Assembly (NCBI GenBank): GCA_965116795.1
Contig: OZ220716.1
Location: 458,503-522,502, forward strand
Reading direction: 5' to 3'
Length of the DNA: 64,000 nucleotides
Origin: Gammaproteobacteria bacterium
GTDB lineage: Bacteria; Pseudomonadota; Gammaproteobacteria; JAJFKG01
Made by a program: the position numbers and the translations under genes. Positions 32,682 to 43,185 of the stretch are shown piece by piece. The notes under the pieces were generated by a model. It had not been told where the DNA came from, did no database searches, and saw nothing but the letters and a program-made list of their open reading frames with translations. Positions within the stretch are counted from its first letter, which is position 1. Each line of letters starts with the position of its first letter.

Positions 32682-34384
32682 TGAATCATTTAACATTTTC
32701 AGGTAAATATTATATTGCTATTTTGCTATTCATCTTAATTAATGCATTACCCAATGCAATGGCTGCGACTGCTGAAATCTCCAGTACCGCTGTATCTCAA
32801 GGAAAAATGATACAACTATTGCTAACTGCTGGCGGACAACAAGCCACAATAGCCGATCCTGATCTTAGCCCACTTGAACACGATTTTTATATTTACGGCG
32901 TTGCCAGAGGCAGTCAAATTCAAATTCTCAATGGTGTGTCATCAGCAAAACGTCAATGGACAATTACTCTGTTGCCGAAAACCAGTGGGTTCTTATCCAT
33001 TCCAGCATTGACTATCGGTAATGAAAAAACAGATCCTATCCAAGTACAGGTTAACAAAGTTGATCGTAATCAAGAAAAACCTGCTGTCTTTATCGAAGCA
33101 AATTGGACGCCCAAACAACCCTATGTACAAAGTCAATTGTTATATACAGTTAAACTATTTTATGATATCGACTTAGTCAATGGTGAGATAACCAACCCAT
33201 CATCACCTAACATCATTGTTAATCGTTTTAAAGATGATAAATATTATCAAGCCATGCGCTATGGTAAGTTATACAATGTCATTGAGCGCCGTTATGCGTT
33301 ATTTGCCAAAGTCAGTGGTGACTTAACAATTCAACCACCCATTTTTATTGGAGAAACAGCTGACCATAACGCAGGCATACCCAGCTTCTTAACCAATACG
33401 CAACGTGTACAAGCTGCCGCTCCTGCTACTACGGTGCATGTTAGCCCACAACCGGGGCACTACCATGGACAATATTGGTTGCCAAGTACTAACATCACGT
33501 TAACTGATACGTGGTCAGAAAATCCACCAACGTTTCAAGTCGGTGAAGCAATTACGCGTACCATTACCATCCGTGCACACGGTTTATCTGCTGAACAATT
33601 ACCTAAATTACCGGTAATATCACCTACCGGTATTAAACTCTACCCTGATAAACCACAACTAGAAAATACTATATCCAGTGATCAGTTAATTGGAACAGTT
33701 CAACAAAAAATTGCTTATATTCCAAATAAAACTGGAAAAGTAACCTTGCCTGCAATCACGTTAACATGGTTTGATATTACTAGTCATAAAACCAAAGTTG
33801 CTAAACTGCCTATTCGCGTTATTACAGTCATTCCAAGTTCAACTACAACCATTAATGATACGACGACATCAACTGTGACAGTATCAGAAAATTTAAATAA
33901 TAAGGCACAATCTGAAACAGATCATTATCAATGGCAATGGGTAATTACTGCGATTGCATTTGCTCTGCTATGGTTAATAACTACTATAATTTGGTTATTA
34001 ACAGGCAGAAAATATCGAAAAACTAATCAACAAACTAATATTAAAAAACAAGTTAAATGTAATCGATTAATCAAACAATTAAAACAAACTTGTCAACAAT
34101 ACGATTATCGGCAAATTGTAAAAATACTAATAACATTAGCACAAACACAATATCAAGATAAATCAATTATAAATTTAAATAAACTGACTTGCTATTTGCA
34201 AAATGAACAAGCAAAAACTTTCATCTGTACGTTAATCCAACAATTGTATGCACCTGAACAACATAAAAAGGAAATAAGTACAATTTGGAAATCGGTCAAG
34301 CTCGTTATTGCTGATATAGAAGCCACTGCCAAATTAGCAAAGCAAGAGAATAAAACAAAAACTATGCTACCTGAATTGTACTAA
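32681..34384 (+). CDS. batD: BatD family protein
   Basis: Signal peptide, PDLSPL..DF, YVQ.Q..Y, ERRYA.F, WLP, GEAITRTI, YPDKP; TM helix near the C-terminus. Confidence 0.85.
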
Positions 34385-34412
34385 AATTTGATAATTTTAA
34401 AGACGCTCTATA

Positions 34413-34596
34413 CTATAGCTTTTCAGAAAAATAAATTGGATTGTATCATTTCATCTTACGCTCACCTAGCCGCGTTGCTCATTCAAAAAATGCTCAAAAT
34501 AGCCCAACTATTCTTCTGCTTTTTTTCAATCGAAACCCGACTATCTAAACTCAATCTGAATGCTAAAATCTAATTTATTTTTCTGAAAAGCTATAG
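34413..34596. mobile_element. MITE-like element, 184 bp, 30-bp terminal inverted repeats
   Basis: CTATAGCTTTTCAGAAAAATAAATTGGATT / AATCTAATTTATTTTTCTGAAAAGCTATAG (1 mismatch); no convincing coding capacity. Confidence 0.75.
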
Positions 34597-34705
34597 CAGA
34601 TAAAATAAAATCGATAATAAATCATAACTTGTATTTAACCTATCATTCGGCTAGCATGAGTCACTTATTTTCCAGTATCTGTCAATAAAAAAACAGGGGT
34701 TCTTC

Positions 34706-36214
34706 ATGCGCGCTTGCATCGTTTTTTTAGTTACGTTGTTTATAACGACTTCAGTTAATGCTGTTACGCTGGCTTATGAAAAAACAGCACATCATTACAA
34801 ACGCATTCAACATGATCCGCAAGCATTACGTATGTTCATTGCAAACATGCCTAAAGGTGGCTTACTACATGAACATTTCTGGGGTAGTGAATTTGCTGAA
34901 AATCTAATTGACATGGCACAGAAACAAAAATTCTGTGTTAATAAAAATACTTATGCACTTTCTGTGATCAATGAGCGTTGTTCGGTTCATTGGTCATTAG
35001 CAAGTGCACGTAATCAACCCGAACTATATAATCGGATTATCAATGCTTGGTCAATGCGATATTTTATTCCAACTAATCAAGAGTCAGCGCATAGCCACTT
35101 TTTTAAGGCATTTGATAAGTTTCACCCAATTTACAATGCCAAGCGCAGCATGATTCTAGCAAATCAACTTAATCAATTAGCAAGCGAGAAAGTTGCTTAT
35201 GTTGAATTCATTGTACTAAATAAAATGGCAGCCATTTTGCAGATGGCCAGCAGTTTAACTAATACAACCGATCCAATCAGTATGCAAAAAGCCCTAGTGA
35301 AAGCCGGGTTAGCAGATATTGTTAAACAAATCCAAACTGAGCTGCGTGAAGATAAAAAATACATGCGGCAACAACTACATTGCGGTACATCTAATGCGAT
35401 GCCAGGGTGTAAAGTAGAACTGCGTTATCAATATGCGGCATTTCGTGATGGTACACCTGCACAAGTGTTTAGTATGCTGCTAGCTGGCTTCATGTTAGCC
35501 CAACAAGATCCACATGTGGTTGCAATTAATTTAGTTGGTCCTGAAAATGGTTATCCATCCATGCATGATTACACGCAACATATGCAATGGGTACACTTAT
35601 TACATCAACAATATCCCAGTGTTAATATCAGTCTGCATGCTGGTGAACTAACACAGCAGCTAGTACCACCACAAGGATTACGTGATCATATTGCACAAGC
35701 CATCCAAATTGCTGGTGCAAAACGGATTGGGCATGGTGTTGATATTGCCCATGAAAAGAATAGTCTTGATGTACTAAAAAACATGCGTGATAAACATATT
35801 CTTGTTGAAATCAACTTAACCAGCAATAACATATTATTAGGCGTTAATGGAAAACACTCTCCATTGCCGCTATATCTACATCATCGAGTACCCGTTGCAC
35901 TATCACGCGATGATGCAGGGATTTTACGCACTGATATTAACAACGAATTTGTCACTGCAGCGTATACTTATAATCTGTCTTATACTACGTTAAAACAATT
36001 AGTAAACAATAGTATTACGTATAGCTTCTTACCAGGCAAAAGCTTATGGGAAAATCCAGCCAAATTGATACCCGTTAGCGCTTGTGCACATGATCGGTTA
36101 GGTGCACAACATCCTTCACCAAGTTGTAAACAATTTCTTCAACACCATTTAAAAGCAAAGTTACAGTGGCAAGTGTTAACAGAATTTAATCGATTTGAAC
36201 AGCAATATGCGTAG
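34706..36214 (+). CDS. Adenosine/AMP deaminase family protein with signal peptide
   Basis: MPKGG.LH.H, YVE, NLVGPE, SLHAGE, RIGHG, S.DD.G; hydrophobic N-terminus ending VNA. Confidence 0.85.
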   Translation: MRACIVFLVTLFITTSVNAVTLAYEKTAHHYKRIQHDPQALRMFIANMPKGGLLHEHFWGSEFAENLIDMAQKQKFCVNKNTYALSVINERCSVHWSLASARNQPELYNRIINAWSMRYFIPTNQESAHSHFFKAFDKFHPIYNAKRSMILANQLNQLASEKVAYVEFIVLNKMAAILQMASSLTNTTDPISMQKALVKAGLADIVKQIQTELREDKKYMRQQLHCGTSNAMPGCKVELRYQYAAFRDGTPAQVFSMLLAGFMLAQQDPHVVAINLVGPENGYPSMHDYTQHMQWVHLLHQQYPSVNISLHAGELTQQLVPPQGLRDHIAQAIQIAGAKRIGHGVDIAHEKNSLDVLKNMRDKHILVEINLTSNNILLGVNGKHSPLPLYLHHRVPVALSRDDAGILRTDINNEFVTAAYTYNLSYTTLKQLVNNSITYSFLPGKSLWENPAKLIPVSACAHDRLGAQHPSPSCKQFLQHHLKAKLQWQVLTEFNRFEQQYA

Positions 36215-36225
36215 AAATTAATATT

Positions 36226-36585
36226 GTGAGTAATACACTATTTATAGAAAATCTGGTCATTCATACAATTATTGGTGTACACGATTGGGAACAGCAAATT
36301 AAACAGCCCATCGAATTAGATATCAAGCTGCAATTAAACGATAATAAAGCAGCTGTTACAGATAATTTAGTTGATACATTGGATTACGATAAGATGTGTT
36401 TTCAATTAGTCAATTTAGTCAGTGAATTACGCTGTAAGCTTATTGAAACACTGGCTGATCACATCATGAAACACTTACTATCATATAAATTAATCTCATC
36501 TGCCAAATTAACATTACGCAAACCAAGTGCAGTCAAACAAGCACGTTGTGTTGGTATTACTATCGAGAGTGGAGAACAGCAATAA
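36226..36585 (+). CDS. folB: Dihydroneopterin aldolase
   Basis: IIGVHDWEQ..KQ, D.L.DTLDY, LIETLA, KP.A. Confidence 0.93.
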   Translation: MSNTLFIENLVIHTIIGVHDWEQQIKQPIELDIKLQLNDNKAAVTDNLVDTLDYDKMCFQLVNLVSELRCKLIETLADHIMKHLLSYKLISSAKLTLRKPSAVKQARCVGITIESGEQQ

Positions 36586-37064
36586 TGCCACGCATCTATA
36601 TTGGAGTTGGCAGTAATATTAAACCAAAACACCATATTCACACCGCGTTTAATTTTTTTAAATCCACATTTAACAAGCCGATATTTTCTTCTGTTTACTG
36701 TTCACATGCTATTGGATTTGATGGTGCAGATTTTTACAATGCCGTTGTTGGAATTGACAGTGACATAGATATTAAACAACTATTAACACAATTAGCACAG
36801 CAAGAAAGGGCACAAGGTGTTGTTACAAAATTATCTTTTTGTAACCGTACCATTGATCTGGATCTACTATTGTATGGTGATGCCGTCTACAATGATAATC
36901 AAATTGAATTGCCACACAGCGACACTATTAAATATCCATTTGTATTGGGACCACTTGCTGAGATCGCAGGTGATGAATATCACCCAATACTCGGTTTAAC
37001 TTATGGAACTCTATGGCAACATCATCGATATAAACATCATATACTCGGCGTAATTGAATTGTAG
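36585..37064 (+). CDS. folK: Second HPPK (FolK paralogue)
   Basis: YIGVGSNI, SSVY, GFDG.DFYN, RTIDLDLLLYGD, FVLGPLAEIA; ATG overlaps the folB stop. Confidence 0.85.
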   Translation: MPRIYIGVGSNIKPKHHIHTAFNFFKSTFNKPIFSSVYCSHAIGFDGADFYNAVVGIDSDIDIKQLLTQLAQQERAQGVVTKLSFCNRTIDLDLLLYGDAVYNDNQIELPHSDTIKYPFVLGPLAEIAGDEYHPILGLTYGTLWQHHRYKHHILGVIEL

Positions 37065-37168
37065 GCTTTGTTGGCTGCACGGTTTTGCCACAGTCATGTA
37101 TGTCAATATACACTCCTGTGACAAAATCACTTGCCGCCTCGCCTACAATCCAATTGCTTGAGTCTATA
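37040..37168 (-). repeat. Full-length divergent ERIC-like element overlapping the folK2 3' end
   Basis: GCTTTGTTGGCTGCA, AGTCATGTA..TACACTCC and CTTGCCGCCTCGCC blocks in reverse orientation; TATA ends. Confidence 0.88.
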
Positions 37169-37237
37169 CTTCGTTGTAACTAAAATGAATTGTCACAAAG
37201 CCAACAAAGACCTGAAATTTAAAACACGAAGAGTATA
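37165..37237 (+). repeat. Degenerate ERIC-like copy abutting the previous one at a shared TATA
   Basis: GCCAACAAAG...AAAACACGAAGAGTATA; terminal segment matches the right end of the 26389 copy. Confidence 0.7.
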
Positions 37238-37267
37238 TTAATAAATAATTAACACCGGAGGTATGAA

Positions 37268-38734
37268 ATGCGATCTAACTTTGTCAACTATAGTATCGCC
37301 ATCGCAGTTACAGCCATTGTGTCCATTGTATGCTTTTGGCTAATACTACCTAAGCAAACCATGCCAGTTAATTTAATGCTGCCCATATCATTGCCTCAGA
37401 CAATTCATAGTTTTTTACCACAGCATGCTGACTTAGATAAACCATTATTATCAATTGCACGGCAAGATAAATACAAAAAAGATTTTTTAACTCGTTTTTA
37501 CAGTCCTTGGAACAAAAAAGATAGCAATACTACTGTATCAGCTACCGCAGATCATCAACATACATCTACCATTCTTGAAATAGAACAGCATTTAGCACAA
37601 CATTATCAAAATAAAACAACTTACGATAGTCATTACCAACCACATTCTTCACAATGGCTAGACAATATTGCGAAAAATATGGAGTTAGATACATTTCCCA
37701 ATGTAACGCAACATAGCCGCGGTATTATGATAAACAACGCTGCATTGCGTGAATTACCGACTAGTGAATCTAGTTATAATAACATCTTACAACCCGGGGA
37801 AGGTTATCCGTTTGATGATCTGCAAGAATCTGCCGTGTATTTAGGATCACCTATACACATTATTCATCAAACCAAAGATAAAAAATGGTTATTGATTAAG
37901 GCAGCAGGCTTATTGGGATGGGTTGAACACAATAATGTTAGTTATGTTGATCAAACCTTTATTGATAATTGGAAACGTAAACCGCTCGCTACACTAACGA
38001 CTTATCAGCCTATTACTAATACCACTCAACATCAATCTATGGCGATATACCCAGGGACTATATTACCAATGATTATAGAGCCCACAACTAATCAAATTAT
38101 TACTGTACTGTATCCAAAAAAAGCAACATCGCACCAAACTAGTATTGTCAGTAGAGCCGCTTCATCTGATTGGCAACCCTGGCCAATTTCACCTACTTTA
38201 CGTCACTTTGTGAATTTAGTTGAGACATTGCTAGGAATACCGTACGGATGGGGTGATTTGCATTTTCATCCGGACTGTTCTGGTTTGTTACGTAGCCTGT
38301 ACAATACTGTCGGGATCTGGTTACCACGTAATTCCAGTATTCAAGCACATTATGCTGGGAAGCTTTATTCATTACCGTTAACTGAATACCCAACAATCAC
38401 ACGTGAAACCATTCTTAACGGTAAAAATAACCAAATTGGACGCCTAACTCCATTCTTAACCTTCATCAGTTTTGGTAAAAAACAAAATCATATCAGCCAT
38501 ATCGCAATATACGTTGGACGCGATAACACTAATCATCCGATTATTTTCCATTCAATTTGGGGATTGGGTCTGCTGAATAAACAGCAAAAACAAATTGGGC
38601 GTATGATAGTGGGTCAATCAATCTTATCACGATTAGATTTAGGAGTTGATGTAGTCATACCACAACACCCACAATGGCATATTGATAACTTATTAGAAAA
38701 ACCAGAATTCAATATTACTAAACTGAATGGCTAG
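37268..38734 (+). CDS. NlpC/P60 (C40) peptidase with SH3 domains
   Basis: N-terminal TM, F.SPW, LRELPT, GEGYPFD.LQES, PYGWG...DCSG, LPRNS..Q, HIAIYVG. Confidence 0.85.
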   Translation: MRSNFVNYSIAIAVTAIVSIVCFWLILPKQTMPVNLMLPISLPQTIHSFLPQHADLDKPLLSIARQDKYKKDFLTRFYSPWNKKDSNTTVSATADHQHTSTILEIEQHLAQHYQNKTTYDSHYQPHSSQWLDNIAKNMELDTFPNVTQHSRGIMINNAALRELPTSESSYNNILQPGEGYPFDDLQESAVYLGSPIHIIHQTKDKKWLLIKAAGLLGWVEHNNVSYVDQTFIDNWKRKPLATLTTYQPITNTTQHQSMAIYPGTILPMIIEPTTNQIITVLYPKKATSHQTSIVSRAASSDWQPWPISPTLRHFVNLVETLLGIPYGWGDLHFHPDCSGLLRSLYNTVGIWLPRNSSIQAHYAGKLYSLPLTEYPTITRETILNGKNNQIGRLTPFLTFISFGKKQNHISHIAIYVGRDNTNHPIIFHSIWGLGLLNKQQKQIGRMIVGQSILSRLDLGVDVVIPQHPQWHIDNLLEKPEFNITKLNG

Positions 38735-38761
38735 TTTTAGTCGTAACTTAAGACTCAGCGA

Positions 38762-38794
38762 CCGTCATCCCGCGGCTTGACCGCGGGATGACGG
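38762..38794. repeat. CGTC-tagged REP-like hairpin between convergent genes (possible terminator role)
   Basis: CCGTCATCCCGCGG-CTTGA-CCGCGGGATGACGG perfect palindrome. Confidence 0.88.
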
Positions 38795-38814
38795 CCGGAG
38801 GGAAGAGGAGTATA

Positions 38815-41112
38815 TTATTTACCTGCACGTATTAACCCACCTAAGCCTGCTGCCTCTAAGTGTTGCTCGAGAAAACGTCGAATAATATGTGGCTCTTCCA
38901 TACAAATGGCTTCGCGTAAATAATCACGTGCCGTTCGTAAGCTAAAGTTACGGATCACCCAACGAATACGCAATAAGCTACTCGAGTTCATACTGAATGC
39001 ATCATAACCCATACCTAATAGCAAAACAGCAGACACTGGATCACCTGCCATTTCACCACAAATACTAACCTGCTTACCTTCGGCATGTACCTCATCAACA
39101 ATATGCATTAACGCAATTAACACCGATGGATGCAAGGTATCATACAAGCGTGCTACTCGCATGTTATTGCGATCAACTGCTAATAAATATTGCGCCAAGT
39201 CATTACTACCCACAGAAATAAAATCAACTCGACGAATTAATAAACGTGTTTGATAAACAGCAGCTGGGACTTCAATCATAGCACCAACCAATGGCATATC
39301 AATCATATGTCCTTCTTCATTGACTTCACGATATGTCTGACGTAGTAAACGTAGTGCTTCATCTAATTCAGCAATGTGACTCACCATTGGAAAAATAATG
39401 CGTAAATTATTCAATCCTTCACTTGCTTTTAACATGGCACGCAGTTGTACTCGAAATACTTCTGGGTGATCTAATGTGACACGAATGCCACGCCAACCTA
39501 ATGCAGGATTATCTTCATTAATTGGAAAATACGGTAATGATTTATCACCTCCTACATCTAACGTGCGCATGATCACTGGACGTGGTGCAAACGCAGCAAG
39601 TACCTGTCGATAAATCGCTGACTGTTCTGCTTCTGTGGGAAAATTTTCACGGACTAAAAATGGGATCTCAGTACGATATAATCCAACACCTTCAGCCCCT
39701 GCTGTTAGTGATAAACCAGCATCAGCGGCAATTCCAATATTGACACATAATGCCACACAATGCCCATCAGGTGTTTCAGCAGGTAGATCACGCAATGTTT
39801 GTAAATCGGCATTTAGTTCTTGTTCCTCTTTTAATAAATTTTGATATTGTTGTAACAATGCCATTGATGGAGCGACATAAGCAATGCCATAGTAGCCATC
39901 AATAATGACTTGTTGTCGTGCAAGCTGAGCAACGTTAACACCACTGATCCCCATCACAACAGGCACTCCAATCGCGCGCGCTAAAATAGCTACATGCGAA
40001 TTATCCGCACCTTTTAATGAAATAATACCTTTTAGCAATCCTTCCGGCACTTCAGCTAATGCAGCAGCTGTAACTTCTTCGCCGATTAGAATAGTTTGTT
40101 TTGGATAATCAATCTTAGTATGTTGTTGTTTCTGCAAATGTCCTAATATACGTTGAGCAAGATCTTGAATGTCAGTTGCACGCCCACGCAAATACTCATC
40201 ATCCATGCTATCAAATCGTTGTAAATGTTGTTTGACTACTTGACGTAATGCACCTTGTGCCCACTGACCAGAGCGAATAACCGCAACAACATCTTTACTG
40301 AAACTAACACTGGTTAATATACCAATATATACATCAAAAATAGCTAACTCTTCTGCAGCAATGCTGCTACTGAGTCGTTGCTTTAATTGATTGATTTCAG
40401 ATTGTGTTGCAAGTAATGCTGTATTGAATAAGTCAATTTCTCTATTGATGTGATCAGCTGTAATTGCTTTATCCGGTACTACATTCAAATCAGCAGGTGG
40501 ATACACTAGCACACTGGTACCAATAGCAACACCAGGGATTCGAGTGACCCCTTTTAATGGGCGATCACGCTTTTTACGCTGTTGATGGCGACGTTGACGA
40601 GAAACGTCTTTCGCTAATTCTACCAGTGCATCTTGACTGTTAATCTGCGAAATAGGCTCAGCAAATTGTGCTGCCAACGTCACTAGAAATGCTTCTTCTG
40701 TTTGATCATAACGACGTTTTTCTTCTTGTTGTACTACCAATACGCCAATTACATTTCCATTATATGTAATAGGTACCGCCAAATAAGCACAATAATGTTG
40801 TTCGTCAATGCCATCAACATGAATAAAACTAGGGTGTATGTTGGCATCCTCTATATTAAGCGGCTCACCACGCTTAGCAACTGCACCAATTAATCCTGTA
40901 CCATAATCAATACAGACAGTTGCATCATCTGCAATTACTAACCCACTGCTGACCATTAACAAAAAGCCACCACGTTCATCATCTTTTAAATATAACGTGC
41001 ACGCTTGTGTTTCTAATGTTTCTCGGATCCGTTGCACGATCACTGTCAATGCTGCACCTAATGTATCAGCAGCATTGAATTCATTTAAAATGCGACGTTG
41101 GATCTTTAACAT
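38815..41112 (-). CDS. ptsP: Enzyme I-Ntr (GAF domain + PEP-protein phosphotransferase)
   Basis: N-terminal GAF domain, NSHVAILARA, GVGLYRTE, RTLDVGGDK, LGWRGIR, SVGSNDL, ICGEMAGD. Confidence 0.95.
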   Translation of the reverse strand: MLKIQRRILNEFNAADTLGAALTVIVQRIRETLETQACTLYLKDDERGGFLLMVSSGLVIADDATVCIDYGTGLIGAVAKRGEPLNIEDANIHPSFIHVDGIDEQHYCAYLAVPITYNGNVIGVLVVQQEEKRRYDQTEEAFLVTLAAQFAEPISQINSQDALVELAKDVSRQRRHQQRKKRDRPLKGVTRIPGVAIGTSVLVYPPADLNVVPDKAITADHINREIDLFNTALLATQSEINQLKQRLSSSIAAEELAIFDVYIGILTSVSFSKDVVAVIRSGQWAQGALRQVVKQHLQRFDSMDDEYLRGRATDIQDLAQRILGHLQKQQHTKIDYPKQTILIGEEVTAAALAEVPEGLLKGIISLKGADNSHVAILARAIGVPVVMGISGVNVAQLARQQVIIDGYYGIAYVAPSMALLQQYQNLLKEEQELNADLQTLRDLPAETPDGHCVALCVNIGIAADAGLSLTAGAEGVGLYRTEIPFLVRENFPTEAEQSAIYRQVLAAFAPRPVIMRTLDVGGDKSLPYFPINEDNPALGWRGIRVTLDHPEVFRVQLRAMLKASEGLNNLRIIFPMVSHIAELDEALRLLRQTYREVNEEGHMIDMPLVGAMIEVPAAVYQTRLLIRRVDFISVGSNDLAQYLLAVDRNNMRVARLYDTLHPSVLIALMHIVDEVHAEGKQVSICGEMAGDPVSAVLLLGMGYDAFSMNSSSLLRIRWVIRNFSLRTARDYLREAICMEEPHIIRRFLEQHLEAAGLGGLIRAGK

Positions 41113-41173
41113 ATAAAAACCTTTAAAAACTTTTTATGCTTATTTAAAGCATCAAACTATTAGTATCACTAAC

Positions 41174-41300
41174 TATACTCAAAGCGTTTTAAATTTATGC
41201 TTTGTTGGCTGCGCCTTCTCACAAAAGTCATGTATTTCAATACACTCCTTTTGATTCGAAGACTTGCCGCCTCGCCTAAATTCAAAACGCTTTGAGTATA
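41174..41300 (-). repeat. Full-length ERIC-like element (127 bp) between rppH and ptsP
   Basis: TATACTCAAAGCGTTTT...AAAACGCTTTGAGTATA perfect termini; conserved internal blocks. Confidence 0.92.
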
Positions 41301-41305
41301 TTCAA

Positions 41306-41794
41306 TCATAAAGTATTACGCGATGCAGCAAAATCACATAACACTTTCTGATACACTTGTCGTTTAAAGAAAATAACATGTTGTACTGGGTGCCAATAAT
41401 CTACCCAGCACCAACTATCAAATTCTGGCTCATCACTATGGTTAAGGTTAATAGCACTATCTTGATTGGTGAGATATAACAAAAACCATTTTTGTTTTTG
41501 TCCGATGCACACTGGCGTGACATGCTGACGGATAAATTGCTGGGGCAAACGATAATGATACCAATCTGTTGCCTCAGCTACTAACCTAACATCATTAGCT
41601 TGCAAACCAACTTCTTCAGCTAACTCACGGTACATCGCGTCTACAGGTTGTTCACCTGCTTGCAATCCTCCTTGCGGAAATTGCCATGCCGTCTTACCAA
41701 CGCGTCGTCCCCAAAATACCTTACCTGCAGCATTGAGCAACACAATACCCACATTGGCACGAAACCCTTGCGAATCGATCAATGCTGCCTCCAT
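41306..41794 (-). CDS. rppH: RNA pyrophosphohydrolase
   Basis: IDSQGFRANVGI, WQFPQGG, RELAEEVGL Nudix box, CIGQKQKWF, PEFD.W, FKR.VY. Confidence 0.96.
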   Translation of the reverse strand: MEAALIDSQGFRANVGIVLLNAAGKVFWGRRVGKTAWQFPQGGLQAGEQPVDAMYRELAEEVGLQANDVRLVAEATDWYHYRLPQQFIRQHVTPVCIGQKQKWFLLYLTNQDSAINLNHSDEPEFDSWCWVDYWHPVQHVIFFKRQVYQKVLCDFAASRNTL

Positions 41795-41952
41795 TATTCT
41801 TTAGAAAAACAGCTATCATTCTTTCAAAAAATGAGGAACTGGGCAAGGTTAATTCCTTATTCAGTAATACTAAATTCAACTAGGGATTTATAATCACATC
41901 CGGTATAATTCTACAGCTAGTAGGTTTATCGGCATCAAAACAGAGTAGGTTT

Positions 41953-42029
41953 GTAATTACTCAGCCAGTTTTCACGTTACTGAAAGACGTCAGCCTTGGC
42001 GCTTTCCTTAACAAGCCTGAGTAGTTAAC
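41953..42029. mobile_element. Small MITE-like remnant with possible 7-bp target duplication
   Basis: TAATTACTCAG / CTGAGTAGTTA inverted ends, flanked by TAGGTTT at 41946-41952 and 42030-42036. Confidence 0.5.
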
Positions 42030-42056
42030 TAGGTTTAATCAATTGGAGGATCACCT

Positions 42057-42377
42057 ATGTTACACACAGCATATACAATTACTGTGCATTTCACTGCAAA
42101 GTCAGGTCAAGAAGACACATTAGCGGCCGCGTTAATGGCATTGGTTGCACCCACACGTGCTGAACCCGGTTGTTTACTGTATACCCTACATCGCAGTGAT
42201 AATAATCCTGCTGATTTTTTGTTTTATGAAGCATGGGTTGATCAGGCAGCGCACGAAGCCCATCGAAAAACCACACACATGCAACAATGGCGTAAGCAGC
42301 GTGATAAATTAGTTGCAAAAGCAACATCGCAATCCTGGCAAGCAGTTAAAAATTGTAATGTAGCCGCTACGGTATAG
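42057..42377 (+). CDS. ABM-family (putative quinol monooxygenase) protein
   Basis: AK.GQE, TRAEPGCL.Y.LH, F.FYE.W, H..T.H; GGAGG RBS. Confidence 0.85.
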   Translation: MLHTAYTITVHFTAKSGQEDTLAAALMALVAPTRAEPGCLLYTLHRSDNNPADFLFYEAWVDQAAHEAHRKTTHMQQWRKQRDKLVAKATSQSWQAVKNCNVAATV

Positions 42378-42402
42378 CATACAATAAATTTTGGGAGTGG
42401 TG

Positions 42403-43146
42403 ATGACAATTCAAGTGATTATTAACGGTGCTAATGGACGTATGGGTAAACAGGCTACAGCGTATTTACCCACCCAATCTGATATTCATGTGATAGCCAC
42501 CGCGGGTAAAAGCGATAACTTATCTCAGCTTATTAAACAACACCAAGCTGATGTGGTCGTTGACCTGACAACTGCTGAAGTCGCATTTGATAATGCTGCC
42601 ACTATTATTGAATCAGGGGCACGCCCAGTGATTGGTACCACTGGGTTTAGTGATGATCAAATTGCAACACTGCAAAGCCGTTGCCAACAACAAAAACGTG
42701 GTGGTGTGATTGCACCTAATTTCTCAATCAGTGCAATTTTGATGATGCAATTTGCTGCAAAAGCCGTAGCCTATTTGCCTGCTGTTGAAATCGTTGAATC
42801 GCATCACGATCAAAAAAAAGATGCACCATCTGGTACCGCAGTCAAAACGGCCAAAATGATTAGCGATGCTAGAGAAGCAGCACAATTAACTGCACCAGCC
42901 GATCCAACTGTTATTGAACAATATCCTGGTTGTCGCGGCGGTGACTGTTATTCAATTCCAACACATAGCGTGCGCTTGCCGGGCTTTTTGGCTACTCAAG
43001 AAGTTATTTTTGGCAATATAGGTGAAACCTTATCGATTCGTCATAATAGCATCAGTCGCGACGCATTTATGCCAGGCATTGCTTTGGCCTGTCGCCGTGT
43101 GATGACATTATCAGAATTGGTATATGGGTTAGAAAAATTATTATAA
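42403..43146 (+). CDS. dapB: 4-hydroxy-tetrahydrodipicolinate reductase
   Basis: GANGRMG, VIGTTG, APNFS, E.HHDQKKDAPSGTA, HSVRLPG. Confidence 0.95.
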   Translation: MTIQVIINGANGRMGKQATAYLPTQSDIHVIATAGKSDNLSQLIKQHQADVVVDLTTAEVAFDNAATIIESGARPVIGTTGFSDDQIATLQSRCQQQKRGGVIAPNFSISAILMMQFAAKAVAYLPAVEIVESHHDQKKDAPSGTAVKTAKMISDAREAAQLTAPADPTVIEQYPGCRGGDCYSIPTHSVRLPGFLATQEVIFGNIGETLSIRHNSISRDAFMPGIALACRRVMTLSELVYGLEKLL

Positions 43147-43185
43147 TGCTACTCTAATTGTGGTGATATTATTTAGCAACAAAGT

